Below, piece after piece: positions 26,997 to 38,600 of a stretch of DNA of 64,000 nucleotides. The notes beneath the pieces were generated by a model. The model worked only from the letters and a program-made list of their open reading frames with translations, was not told the origin of the DNA and searched no databases. Source of the stretch: Candidatus Latescibacterota bacterium (GTDB taxonomy: Bacteria > Latescibacterota > UBA2968 > UBA8231); NCBI GenBank assembly GCA_965206595.1, contig OZ242214.1, positions 5,984,001-6,048,000 of the forward strand, written 5' to 3'. Numbering within the stretch: the stretch's first letter is position 1; each line of letters opens with the position of its first letter. A program made the translations under genes and the position numbers.

Positions 26997-29234
26997 ATGT
27001 CTCCGCCCCCAAGATTGCCCCTTCTGTCCTCAACTGTCAAAGGAAAAATGACCGCACGCGAGGAGTTCGTCCCACACATGAAATGCCTCATTATCGCCGC
27101 CGGCAGGGGGAGCCGGTTATCCCGCAGAGGGCCCTCAAAGCCGCTCGTGCCCCTGCTGGGCATGCCGCTCGTCGAACGGACAATTCGTACGGCAGTCAGA
27201 AGTGGACTGACCGATCTCTACGTGGTAACGGGTTACCAAGGAGAGATGGTTCGGTCCTTTCTGGACGAGCTGAGCCAGAAGATGAACGTGCGGATCACGC
27301 CGGTCATCAACGAAGACTGGCAAGAGGGAAACGGTCTGTCGGTTTTAAAGGCTGCCCATCTGCTGGAAGGCGATTTCGTCTTGCTCATGGCAGACCACGT
27401 CTTCGATGAGGAGATCCTCAAAAGACTCCTCTGCGAGCCGCTGGGAAATGCCGACGTACGCTTGGCAGTAGATTACGACCTGGCCACGAATGGCCGAGCG
27501 GATCCGGATGATGTGACGAACGTACTCGCCAACGGTGGAAGAATCCTCAAAATCGGCAAACAAATTTCTCGGTACAACGCGTACGACACAGGCATTTTCC
27601 TGTGCTCCCCCGCTCTTTTCAAGGCGATCAAGACCTGTATTCGTGCCTACGACGACACCTCTCTGTCGGGGGCTGTCCAGCTCCTGGCTGATCGCGGTAA
27701 GGTAGCGGCATTCGACATACAGGGGCGGTTCTGGATGGACGTCGACGACGAGGCCGCGCTCTTCAAGGCCGAGCACGAGCTGTTGTCGAACCTGTCGACC
27801 AAAGCAGCTGACGGTTGGGTTTCCCGTTACATAAACCGGCCCCTTTCGAGCCGATTGCTCACACCTCTGCTTCTAAAGCTCTGCCCGGCTATTACGCCTA
27901 ATCAAGTTTCGGTGGTGAGCTTTGTCGTCGCCGCCTTGAGCAGTGCGTGCTTCTTCGCTGGCGAGGCGATCGCTGGCGCCGTGGTGATGCAGCTTTCCAG
28001 TATTCTGGACGGGTGTGATGGGGAAGTTGCGCGGCTCAAGCATCTGCAATCCAAAATGGGGGACTACTTTGACGCTGTCCTCGATCGGTACGCAGATAGT
28101 CTGATGTTTGCCGGGCTCACCTTCTATGCCCTGTCGGAGCTCGGAGGCCGGGAGGTCATCGGGCTCGTGTGGAATCCAGTGGCGATCTTCGCCATCGCAG
28201 TGATGGCGATTGTCGGCCATTTGATGGTGAGCTATACATCGGCTAAGTCTGTCGTCAACTTGAATCACAAGTACACGGGAAAATGGATCGCAGCAGGGCG
28301 AGGACGTGATGTGCGTCTCTTCTTGCTCTTCTGCTGTGGGCTGGCGACGTGGTTCCACCCCGGCTTTGCGATGCTGGGAGTGGCGCTCACAGCGGTGCAC
28401 ACGAACCTCATCGTTATCTGGCGGATGCTGTTTTCGTGGAGACAGACGAAGGGTCACGGCGTGTCCCAACGCCAGGATTCAGCTTATCAACCCGTGACCC
28501 CAGCTACAGGCATGGGAGTCAAGGCAGTCGTGTTCGACTTTGACGGGACTCTGGCCGACACGATGCCCTTCCTGACCGAGTTGGCTACCGAATTGATCAC
28601 GCGGAATTACTCCATCACAGCGGCCAGAGTCCGAAGTCAGTATTTGGAGACCTCGGGGCTTCCGTTTGCGGACCAAGTGGAGGAGATGTTCCCAAAGCAC
28701 AAAAGGAACGCAGAGGTGGCGGAGCAGTTCGAGGCGCGCAAGAGTAATGGGATTTTTGCTCTGCCTCTGTTCCGCGATGCCATCCCAACCCTGTCATACT
28801 TGAAACAAAAAGGGCTCAACACATTTGTGTGCAGCAGCACTCGGGTCGAACTGGTCGAGGAGTACGCGGCACGGACGGGACTCCAGGACCAGATAGATGG
28901 AGTGTTTGGCTATAAAGCCGGGTTTGACAAAGGGAGACAGATCACCGCCATCCTACAAGACCACGGGCTGAAACCCGAAGAGGTGGTGTTCGTGGGAGAC
29001 TCTAAGAAAGATGGCGAGTTCGCCAGAGCGAAAAAACTGAAGTTCATCAGGGTGTGCAGGGATTTCACCGTGCCGTTGTCGAAGAAGGAAGAGACTGCGA
29101 GCGTGGAATCGCTCGCGGCGCTGATAAACCTGTTCGAGATGATGTCCCAGCTGGCCAGCCGTCTCAAGGAGATGACTCCAACGGCCCTTCGGCCGACGAC
29201 ACAGCCGGTCAGCATTGGGAGTTCCGATTCCTGA
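26997..29234 (+). CDS. NTP-transferase + CDP-alcohol phosphotransferase + HAD phosphatase fusion (IPCT/DIPPS-like); start may be 27078
   Basis: AAGRGSRL...KPL, MADH, WMDVD; DGCDGEVAR...GDYFDAVLDRYAD; VFDFDGTLADT...VGDS..D. Confidence 0.85.
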   Translation: MSPPPRLPLLSSTVKGKMTAREEFVPHMKCLIIAAGRGSRLSRRGPSKPLVPLLGMPLVERTIRTAVRSGLTDLYVVTGYQGEMVRSFLDELSQKMNVRITPVINEDWQEGNGLSVLKAAHLLEGDFVLLMADHVFDEEILKRLLCEPLGNADVRLAVDYDLATNGRADPDDVTNVLANGGRILKIGKQISRYNAYDTGIFLCSPALFKAIKTCIRAYDDTSLSGAVQLLADRGKVAAFDIQGRFWMDVDDEAALFKAEHELLSNLSTKAADGWVSRYINRPLSSRLLTPLLLKLCPAITPNQVSVVSFVVAALSSACFFAGEAIAGAVVMQLSSILDGCDGEVARLKHLQSKMGDYFDAVLDRYADSLMFAGLTFYALSELGGREVIGLVWNPVAIFAIAVMAIVGHLMVSYTSAKSVVNLNHKYTGKWIAAGRGRDVRLFLLFCCGLATWFHPGFAMLGVALTAVHTNLIVIWRMLFSWRQTKGHGVSQRQDSAYQPVTPATGMGVKAVVFDFDGTLADTMPFLTELATELITRNYSITAARVRSQYLETSGLPFADQVEEMFPKHKRNAEVAEQFEARKSNGIFALPLFRDAIPTLSYLKQKGLNTFVCSSTRVELVEEYAARTGLQDQIDGVFGYKAGFDKGRQITAILQDHGLKPEEVVFVGDSKKDGEFARAKKLKFIRVCRDFTVPLSKKEETASVESLAALINLFEMMSQLASRLKEMTPTALRPTTQPVSIGSSDS

Positions 29235-29475
29235 GCCACCGCAACGCGATCCGACTTTTCGCGTCGATGATCTCGCCATTATCGAGAGCCTTCCAGACAT
29301 CCTGAACGAACATTTCGCCAGGGTTGCCGTAGCGACGTCGCGCGGCCGATTGCGACTTCGCTGAGCTGACACCCACACACCTTGATCTTCTGGTAAGCCC
29401 GTACCGGCTTTCTCATCCAGCCGCTGACAGCCTTCTCGTTCACCTCCTTCTTTTTGTTTAAGCGTTTCACGGATC

Positions 29476-30135
29476 ATGATCAAAACGAGGTCGATAGCGT
29501 TAACCGTATTCGACATTCTCGCCAGGAACTCCTTCGCCGAGATCTCTCCCTTCGAATACATCGGTGCTCCCCCTGGTTTTAAAAATGGCTTTTACAAAGT
29601 AGTTCCTTACTTTGATTATCCCGGTGTGAAACCAGAAGGGGAAAAGGTCCCGAATCCTTTTCCGGATGGACCAGATTACCTCATAACCCCCGGATGGAAT
29701 GGCACGTACTTTGGCGACAGACCTCACGCGGGCGATAACTTCCCGAATACAGCCTACGTGTATGTATACGATATCAGCAATCACGATCATGTGGGGAGAC
29801 ATCCCTGTAATTCAATATCTCTACTTTTATCCCTACAATCACTGGTGGAACAGACATGAGGGCGACTGGCAGAGAATTCATGTAATTGTCAATACGAGGC
29901 ATCTCCATGACAATATTGACGATATAGAAGTACTAGGCGTGGAATATCTATTGCATGGGGCGCATTTGTCATATTACGATGATTACGTAATGACATTTGA
30001 AATACCTCCTGGTGTAGGAGGAGGGGGCACGACCATAACGGAAAGTATGCCCGATCTAACCACCAGTCTCGTATTTAATCCGCGGGAAAACATTAAATTA
30101 AGCCAGGGGACGCATCCCATAGTCTATGTGGGTGC
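29476..30135 (+). pseudogene. Lower-GC fragment with Vps62/NPP1-like HEGDW motif, frameshifted and truncated by IS91
   Basis: IQYLYFYPYN...HEGDWQRI.V...HG...PIVYV; frame change ~29800. Confidence 0.5.
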
Positions 30136-31090
30136 CCTTCTCGACGACACCGCAGCCGATCCGCTCGCCGACGAGGAGCCCGTCCTGGCGGCTCTCACCG
30201 CGGCTTCGGTGCGAGGGCTCACCGCCACCGGGGCACGCGCCGGCCAACGCCTGCGCCGGGTCCTGAAAGATGCGGCCACCGGGGTGCGTACGGCGCCCTT
30301 GTGCTTTGCTTCGCGCGGCTTTTGGCTGCATGCGGCAACGCGGATCGCGGGCCCTGACCGGCGCGGGCTCGAACGCTTGTGCCGCTACGTGGCCCGGCCG
30401 GCCCCGGCCCTGGGGGGGGCGTCTGCGCATTCTCGATGCCGACCATCTTTCCTTCGCGCTCAAAACGCCGTGGTCGGATGGGACCCGCCCTCTCCTGCTC
30501 TCTCCGATGGAACTGCTGGAGAAGCTGGCGGCTCTGGTTCCCCCGCCCCGGTTTCATCTCCTACGCTACCACGGGGTCCTGGCGCCCCGGGCCCGGGCCC
30601 GCGAGCGCATCGTGCCGGCCAAGCCGGTTGCCGAGCCGTCGGCGGCGGATGGCGATGCGAGCGCTGTGTCCTGCGGCCATCGGCTGCGGTGGGCGACCCT
30701 GCTGGCGCGGGTGTTTTCCTCCGACATCAGCGAATGCGCGGCCTGTGGCGGTCGCCTGAGAATCATCGCGGCCCTGACCGATCCGGCCTCGATCCGGACC
30801 TATCTGGAGGGGGTAGGGCTGCCGGCGATGCCCCCGCCGAGGGTCCCGCCTGACCTGCCTTCTCGACCCGTCGCCGTCGCCGGGCGTACGGCTGGGTGTG
30901 CCCTCAACGGTCCCGAAGGCCCCGGATTGATCCGGATACGGGCCGACAGGCAACCAAACTGTACTGCGAGCTCGGTACTGCGAGCTCGGTCGAAGGACTG
31001 GCAAACGATCCTCCGGGAGCTGCCTGACCTTGGCGGTGCGCTGTCCGCCTTGACCGAGAGTCCAAAAAAGGTGCCTCATTTTACCTATAC
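30136..31090 (+). mobile_element. IS91-family transposase 3' remnant with oriIS-like end
   Basis: GF.LHA, LERLCRYVARP, PWSDGT, LLRYHGVLAP, C..CGG; frameshift in G-run ~30415; ends ...ttttacctatac. Confidence 0.85.
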
Positions 31091-31115
31091 TTGAGGGTGA
31101 TGCGGGAATGTGGCG

Positions 31116-32198
31116 CTATGCGCCAGATCTGCTACTGCCTGCTGTTTCGTCCAACGAAACTGCTTCACCGCGCTCAACTGATGTGCGCGCCGCCTCCAAC
31201 ACAGCCATGACGGCACGGACACTTTCCGGGGTGACTGCCAGCTCCTCTGTACCTCGGATGGCTGCAGCGATATTCTCGTAATAGGACCGCCACCGTCCGG
31301 GTACGGGTTCGATCACGGTCTCAGCCGGCTGCCCGTCGACTGCCGTCCACAGCCGTGGATAGTGGGCCGGATCCTCACGGGCCGCGTCGATATCTCCAGC
31401 GGCCATGGCCTTCTCCTGGGGATCCAGACCCGTCTTCACGAGTCCGCCTTTTGTCCCCAATATGTACCATCTCGGCTTTGAGTGTGTGGTGAGTGACGAA
31501 GTCACAACGTGCACATCGACGCCGCTGTCGAAACTTAGAATACAGTGGGCGTGGTCCTCCACCTCGGTCGGCCACCCCTCCGAGAAAAAGCGGGCGTAGA
31601 CCCGATCGAGGGACGCGCGAATCAGTTGGAGGGCTTGATCGATCATGTGCGCTCCCAGATCCACGAATTTGCCGCCGCCGCGCCGCCTTTCTCCGCGCCA
31701 GGTCCGGGGAGGGCCGTACTGCTGCCATGCCATCTCGATGTAGTACGGGTCACCGATCAAGCCTTCCTCGAGCACTTTCCGGACAGTGAGGTAGTCCCCA
31801 TCCCAGCGCCGGTTCTGAAAGATGCTGAGCAGACGTCCGGTCCTGCGGCTGGCGGCGATCATATCGTCTGCCTCTCGTAGATTCAGGCACATCGGTTTGT
31901 CCGTGACCACGTGCTTGCCAGCCTCCATGGCGGCTATGGCCTGCGGAGCGTGGATATCGTTGGGCGTGGCGAGGACAACCAGGTCGACATTTGAATCGGC
32001 GAGAGCCTCTTCAAAACGCTCGAACGCTTTCACGCCAAGCTGAGAGCGGACTTCTTCGCGAGCCTCGGGACGGCCGGAGACGACGCCGTACAGGTTGAGA
32101 TCTGCTGTGATACCAACCAAGTAGGCGTGAAAGCAGCGGCCGGCGAAGCCGTAACCCACGACAACTGCATTGGGCTTATTCATACGTGCATTGGGCAT
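31116..32198 (-). CDS. Gfo/Idh/MocA oxidoreductase (IolW/YdgJ-like)
   Basis: VVGYGFAG..FH, TPN..H, DKP, FQNRRWDGDY, DLGAHMID. Confidence 0.85.
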   Translation of the reverse strand: MPNARMNKPNAVVVGYGFAGRCFHAYLVGITADLNLYGVVSGRPEAREEVRSQLGVKAFERFEEALADSNVDLVVLATPNDIHAPQAIAAMEAGKHVVTDKPMCLNLREADDMIAASRRTGRLLSIFQNRRWDGDYLTVRKVLEEGLIGDPYYIEMAWQQYGPPRTWRGERRRGGGKFVDLGAHMIDQALQLIRASLDRVYARFFSEGWPTEVEDHAHCILSFDSGVDVHVVTSSLTTHSKPRWYILGTKGGLVKTGLDPQEKAMAAGDIDAAREDPAHYPRLWTAVDGQPAETVIEPVPGRWRSYYENIAAAIRGTEELAVTPESVRAVMAVLEAARTSVERGEAVSLDETAGSSRSGA

Positions 32199-32686
32199 AC
32201 GGATCCAGGGATGGCGTGACGGCCCAGTGTTTCAGGCTGTGATCCTGCCGTACTTCCTGGTCGGGGTGATTTGGCGTACGGACGAGAGGAAGATGTGAAC
32301 ACCAACGACGACCATTCCTTAAGGATCATAGACGTTGAACTGCAGGTCGAATCGTTCCTGCAAGCTGCCACTCAGAAGATTTCGTCAGCCTCTGAAAGTT
32401 GCTGAGCGACATCAGCTTCGAGAGGCTCCGTGCTCACGGACGCGACGAACCCGAACAGCTAGGCGGCTGAGCTTGCGGTCGCACCAAGGGGGAGACCCAT
32501 CCGAATTGACGCATGAAACCCCCTGAAACAGCACGAGCCGTTAGCACAACCAAAAGAAAAACCCGCATCCAGGCCGCGCAAGAAGAAGGGACCCCGTGTG
32601 ATAACGGCAGAAATAACCCGCACGGAGACAATTTCGTAACTTACTTACTAACAACAAGTTGCGGACGTAATTCAGCGGAAGACCTG

Positions 32687-35600
32687 GTCACCACCGGCCT
32701 GAAGGAGCCCTACGGCCTGACCCTGGGGGCCGGGCTGCCGGCGCAGGTCCTGAAAGTAGAGGGGGCCTCGGCGACCCTGAACCTGGCCGGCCGCTTCCGC
32801 GACCCGGAGGGGGGCGCCCTGACCCTCACCGTGTCTTCGAGCGACGAGGCGGTGGCCGCCGCGACTCTGGCTGACTCGGTGCTGACCATCGCGCCGGTGA
32901 CCCCCGGCCGGGTGACGGTCTCGGTGACCGCCCGCGACGAAGGGGGCCGGGCTGCCACCCTGCCGGTGGCCGTGACCGTGTACCCGGCCAACCGCCCGCC
33001 GGTGGCCCGGACCCTGGCCGACCGCAAGATCCGCATCGGCAGCCCGGCACGGGTCGAGCTGTCGAACGCCTTCACCGACCCGGACGAAACAGACGTGCTG
33101 ACCTACACGGCCGCCTCGAGCAACGAAGCGGTGGCCACCGCAGCGGTCGAGGGAACCGGGGTGCTGATCACCCCCAGGAAAACCGGGCAGACCCGGATCT
33201 CGGTGACCGCCCGCGACCCGAAGGGCCTGGAGGCGTCGCTGAGCTTTGCCGTCACCGTCGAGCCCAAGCCGCCCCCCAGACCGCCCCGGACCCCGCCCGG
33301 CTCGAGCAGTGGTGATGGTGATGGTGATGGTGGGTCGGTAACCCCCCCGCCCCCGACGCCTCCGCCTCCACGGCCGCCTCCACCACCTCCACCTCCGCCG
33401 GGTCCCAATCGGGCTCCGGCCTTCAACGACGGACCGAGCACCTCCCGCAGCGTGGCGGAGAACACGGCAGGAGGACAAGACATCCAGCACCCAATCAGCG
33501 CCACCGATGAAGACCGGGACCGACTGACCTACCGGTTGAGCGGAGACGATGCCGATTCTTTCACGCTGAACACAAGCAACGGTCAGCTTCGCACCCGGTC
33601 AGGCGTCACCTACGACTACGAGGATAAAGACCGCTACTCCGTGACGGTGGAGGCAGACGACGGTCGTGGCGCCGCCGCCTCCATTGACGTGACCATCTAT
33701 GTGGCCGACGTCGACGAACCCCCCCAGGCCCCTGCGAGGCCCCGGGTCGAGCCGGGCGACTCGAAGAGCCTGACGGTGACCTGGACCGAGCCGGCCAACA
33801 CCGGCCCCGGCGTTGACGGCTACGACGTGCAGTACCGAAAAGACGGCAGCTTCCTCCCCTGGCCGCACGACGGCGACGGCGCCACTGCCACGATCACGGA
33901 CCTGGACCTGAACACGCGCTACGAGGTACAGGTGCGTGCGACCAACGACGAAGGCACGGGTGCATGGTCCTCCTCGGGTTTCGGCGCCACCAGCGCCAAT
34001 CAGCCGCCGGTGTTCGACGAGGGAGGCAGCGCCACACGGCAGGTGGCTGAGAATACGACCGGGACATCCGACATAGGTGCCCCGTTGCGGGCGACCGACC
34101 CAGAGGGCAACTCCGTGACCTACCGCCTTGCCAGCGGGGATACGGAGAGTTTTGGCATCGACCCGAACACCGGTCAACTGCAAACCGGGACGAGCGTCAC
34201 CTACGACTACGAAACGAAGGATCGCTATACGGTCAGTGTAGAGGCGCAGGACGAGCAGGGCGGCCGTGCCACCATCGCAGTGACGATTGACATAACCGAC
34301 GACGACAACGAACGGCCGCAAAGACCCGACCGGCCCTCGGTGACAGCCTCGACGTTGACGAGTCTGACCCTGCGGTGGACAGAGCCAGCCAACCCTGGGC
34401 CGCCCATCACCGATTACAATGTGCAATACCGCGAAGTCAGCAGCGGCGCCTTCACTGCGGCGGCACATGATGGCATACGCACGACGACGACGATTGCGAA
34501 CCTGGAGTCGGACACCTCTTATGAGATTCAGGTGCAGGCGACCAGTGACGAAGGCACGAGCCAGTGGTCGGAGTCGGGCAATGGACGGACCGTCGCCAAC
34601 CAGGCCCCCACCTTCACCGACGGTACGAGCACCACTCGCAGGTTGGCCGAGAACACGACCGGTGCCCACAACATCGGCAACCCGGTAACCGCCACCGACC
34701 GCGACGGAGGGACACTGACCTACCGTCTCGAAGGCACGGACCGGGCCTCCTTCTCTCTCGATGTCAACCAGCTTCAGACGATAGCGGGCGAGACCTACGA
34801 CTACGAGGAGAAGCCCAGCTACGTCGTGACGGTACGCGTCGAAGACGGTCAGGGCGGCAGCAACACCATTGAGGTGACGGTCGCCCTGAACGACGAACAG
34901 GAACCTCCCGAGACCCCGTCAGCACCCCGGGTCATACCGGCCTCATCAACGAGCCTGACAGTAACCTGGGACGAGCCGACAAATACCGGACCCGACATCG
35001 ACGACTACGACATCCAGTACCGCGAAGGGGACAGCGGCGGCTTTACCTCCTGGACACACAACGGCGCGGAACGCACCGCAACCATCACCGGTCGTAGCCC
35101 GGGCACGAGCTATGAGGTGCAGGTGCGAGCGCGCAACGACGAAGGCGCGAGCGATTGGTCGCCGTCGGGCACGGGAAGCACCGGCGCCAATGGGCTTCCG
35201 GTATTCACCGACGGGTCGAGCGCAACGCGCGCCCTCGACGAGAACACCACCGGCGTGCAAGACATCGGCGATCCGGTCAGCGCCACCGACCCGGAGAACA
35301 CCACGCTGACCTATAGCCTCGAAGGCACGGACAAAGATGCCTTCACCATCGACACGCGCAGCGGCCAGTTGAGGACCGACGGGGACGAGACCTACGACTA
35401 CGAGACGAAGCCCCGCTATGTCCTGAGTGTAAAAGCGACCGACGGACATGGCCGCGATCGCAGCATCCTCGTGTTAATTAACCTGAACGACGTCAACGAG
35501 CCGCCCTCGTTCACCAGCGACGCGACCTTGGAGACCGAGGAAAACAACCGGTCCATCGGCCGGGTGGATGCCGTGGACGTCGACAGCGGGGACCGCATCG

Positions 35601-38600
35601 CCAACTACACCATCACCGATGGCGCCGACCAGGCCCTTTTCCAGGTCAACAGCGCAGGGACGCTGACCTTCAAGGACGCCCCCGACTTCGAGCAACCTGC
35701 GGACGCGGGAAGGAACAACCAGTACAGCGTGGCGGTCACAGCCACCGGCGGCACGGGAGGCCGCGCCCTGACCGCAGAGCGGACGATCACCGTCACCGTC
35801 ACCGACGTGAACGAACCGCCCCGTTTCACCAGTGACAATTCTCTCCAGGTCAAGGAAAACAAACGCTTCGTCGGCAGAGTGGCCGCCGAGGACGTCGATA
35901 GCGACGACCACATCACCGGCTACACCCTCACCGGCGGTGCTGACCGGGACCGATTCGAGATCACCAACACCAACGAGCTGCACTTAAAGGAGGACCCCGA
36001 CTTCGAGCGTCCGGCGGACGTCGGGAGCAACAACCAGTACATCGTCGCGGTCACAGCGACCGGCGGCACGGGGACGAGGGAGCGACGGACGGAACAGAGG
36101 ATAACCGTCCTCGTGGAGGACGACGACGAACCCCCGGGCAAGCCCGATCCACCCACCGTGTCGGACGAGACGGAAAACAATCTGACCGTGACCTGGACCG
36201 AACCGACCAACACCGGGCCTGACATCGCGAACTACCATGTGCAATACCGCATCAGCGGCACATTTACCGATTGGCCCGACACCGGCCCGTCCCTGACCCG
36301 CACGATCACGGGCTTGCGCTCGGGCCGAACCTACCAGATCCAGGTACAGGCGGAGAACGACGAAGGGAAGGGCGCGTGGTCCAATTCGGTCAACGGGACA
36401 ACGCTCACCGCGCCGACGGTATTGGGTGTCGTGGTCACCTCCACACCTGCCTCGGGACAGAACAACACCTATAAGCTGAACGACATAATTGACGTGACCG
36501 TGATCTTCAACGAAGCAGTAACAGTCACAGGCACGCCACAGATCTACCTCACGATTGGTACTACTGTGCGCGAGGCCGACTATAAAAGCGGCTCGACCAC
36601 GCCCCAACTCCTCTTCCAATACACGGTGCAGGCCACCGACGAGGACACCGACGGAGCCTCCATCAACGCCAATGGCCTCAAGCTCAACGGCGGCAGCATC
36701 AAGAACAACGCCTCGACAGTCAATGCGAATCTGGTGCACAACGCGCAGACCAATCAATTCCGCCAAAAGGTCGATGGTGTTGTACCATCGCTTACCGATG
36801 CGGAAGTCACCGACGACGAACTAACGCTGACCTATAGCGAGGGACTCGACAGCGACCCGAAACCGGCGACCGGCGACTTCACGGTGACCGCAGGTAGCGA
36901 GGTGGGGAGTGTCACCGCAGTTGCGGTGAGCAACAGCAAGGTAACGCTGACTCTCGCCTCGGCGGTTGCGCCCGACCAGACGGTGACGGTCAGTTATACG
37001 CCGGCGACCAACCCCATCCGCGACCGGGCGCAGAACCCGGCCATCGCCCTCACGAATCTGACAGTGGCGAACCAGACCCAGGACCCGACCATCAATATCT
37101 GCAACCGCACCGCGCAGGTGCGCGACGCGATCGTCGCGGCTGCGCCGGTAAGCACCTGCGGTGCTGTAACGGCGGACCATCTATCCGCGATCACCCGCCT
37201 CTCTCTGTTTTCCAAAGACGTCTCGACGCTGAAAGCCGGCGATTTTTCCGGGCTGACGGCACTGACAAGTCTCGATCTGTCCGGCAACCAACTCGGCACA
37301 CTCCCGGAGAATCTCTTTGAGGGGCTGACGGCACTGACAAGCCTTGACCTGTTTGCCAACCGACTCAGCACACTCCCGGAGAATCTCTTTGACGGACTGA
37401 CGGCACTGACAAGTCTCGAGCTGTCCGGCAACCAACTCGGCACACTCCCGGAGAATCTCTTTAACGGACTGACAGCACTGACAAGTCTCCGCCTGGGGAA
37501 CAACCAACTCAGCACTGTGGATGAGAATCTCTTTGAGGGGCTGACGTCTCTGGAAGACCTCTCGCTGTATGCCAACCGACTCAGCACACTCCCGGAGAAT
37601 CTCTTTGACGGACTGACGGCACTGAGAATTCTCGTCCTGTCTGCCAACCAACTCGGCACACTCCCTGAGAATCTCTTTGACGGGCTGACGGCACTGACAA
37701 GTCTCGTCCTGTATGACAACCAACTCGGCACACTCCCGGAGAATCTCTTTGACGGGCTGACGGCACTGACAAGTCTCGTCCTGTATGACAACCAACTCAG
37801 CACACTCCCGGAGAATCTCTTTAACGGACTGACAGCACTGAGAATTCTCCGCCTGGGGAACAACCAACTCAGCACTGTGGATGAGAATCTCTTTGACGGA
37901 CTGACGTCTCTGGAAGACCTCTCGCTGTTTGCCAACCGACTCAGCACACTCCCGGAGAATCTCTTTGACGGGCTGACGGCACTGACAAGGCTCCACCTGA
38001 ACGGCAACAACCTCAGCAGTCTGCCCGACGGCGTTTTTTCCGGACTGACTGAGCTTGAAGCGCTCATACTGGCGGGCAATACAGTCGATCCCCTGCCCAT
38101 TACTGTTTCGCTGGAATCGCTTGCCAGCGGTCTATTCAGGGCCAAAGCGCACACCGGCGCGCCTTTTGAAATGACCCTCCCGCTCCAGGTGGTCAATGGC
38201 ATGATCGGCAGTGGCGCCGGCAGCATCGAAATTCGCCAGGGCAGCATACAAAGCGCCATCCTCACGGTTTCCCGCACCGCCGGTACCACCGCTGCCGTCA
38301 CCGTCGACGTCGGCACATTGCCGGACTTACCCTCAGGCGACAACGGCTACGCACTCGTCAAATCCACCGACTTGCCGCTGGAAGTTATCGAAGGGCTACC
38401 GGGTGTGACAGTTTATCCGACGGCGTTGACCATACCGGAGGGCAACAGCGACTCGTACACAGTGGTACTGCAATCGCAACCGACCGAAAACGTGACGGTC
38501 ACAGTGACCGTGCCGGGAGGTTCGGATGCTTCCGTTAACCCCGCGAGCCTGACGTTCACGGAGGACAATTGGGACGATCCGCAGACGGTAACGGTCACCA

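Larger units (their letters stand above)
10782..32686. mobile_element. ~21.9-kb integrative island (degenerate ICE/satellite-like) inside the surface-protein gene
   Basis: Integrase at left end; GGAAGACCTG at both 10772-10781 and 32677-32686; flanking coding sequence continuous in frame; no replicase, relaxase or capsid gene recognised. Confidence 0.7.

Noticed and set aside
29200-29320. NUDIX-like C-terminal remnant (GEIIDAKSRIAL) on the minus strand
   Set aside because: About 30 residues with no Nudix box; too little to call
32513-32686. ATG 32513 as the true start of a 2769-aa protein
   Set aside because: These codons are AT-richer island-end DNA with no signal peptide; real homology starts mid-YWTD repeat
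37240-38070. CRISPR-like periodicity
   Set aside because: Repeats are in-frame coding units with no unique spacers and no cas genes
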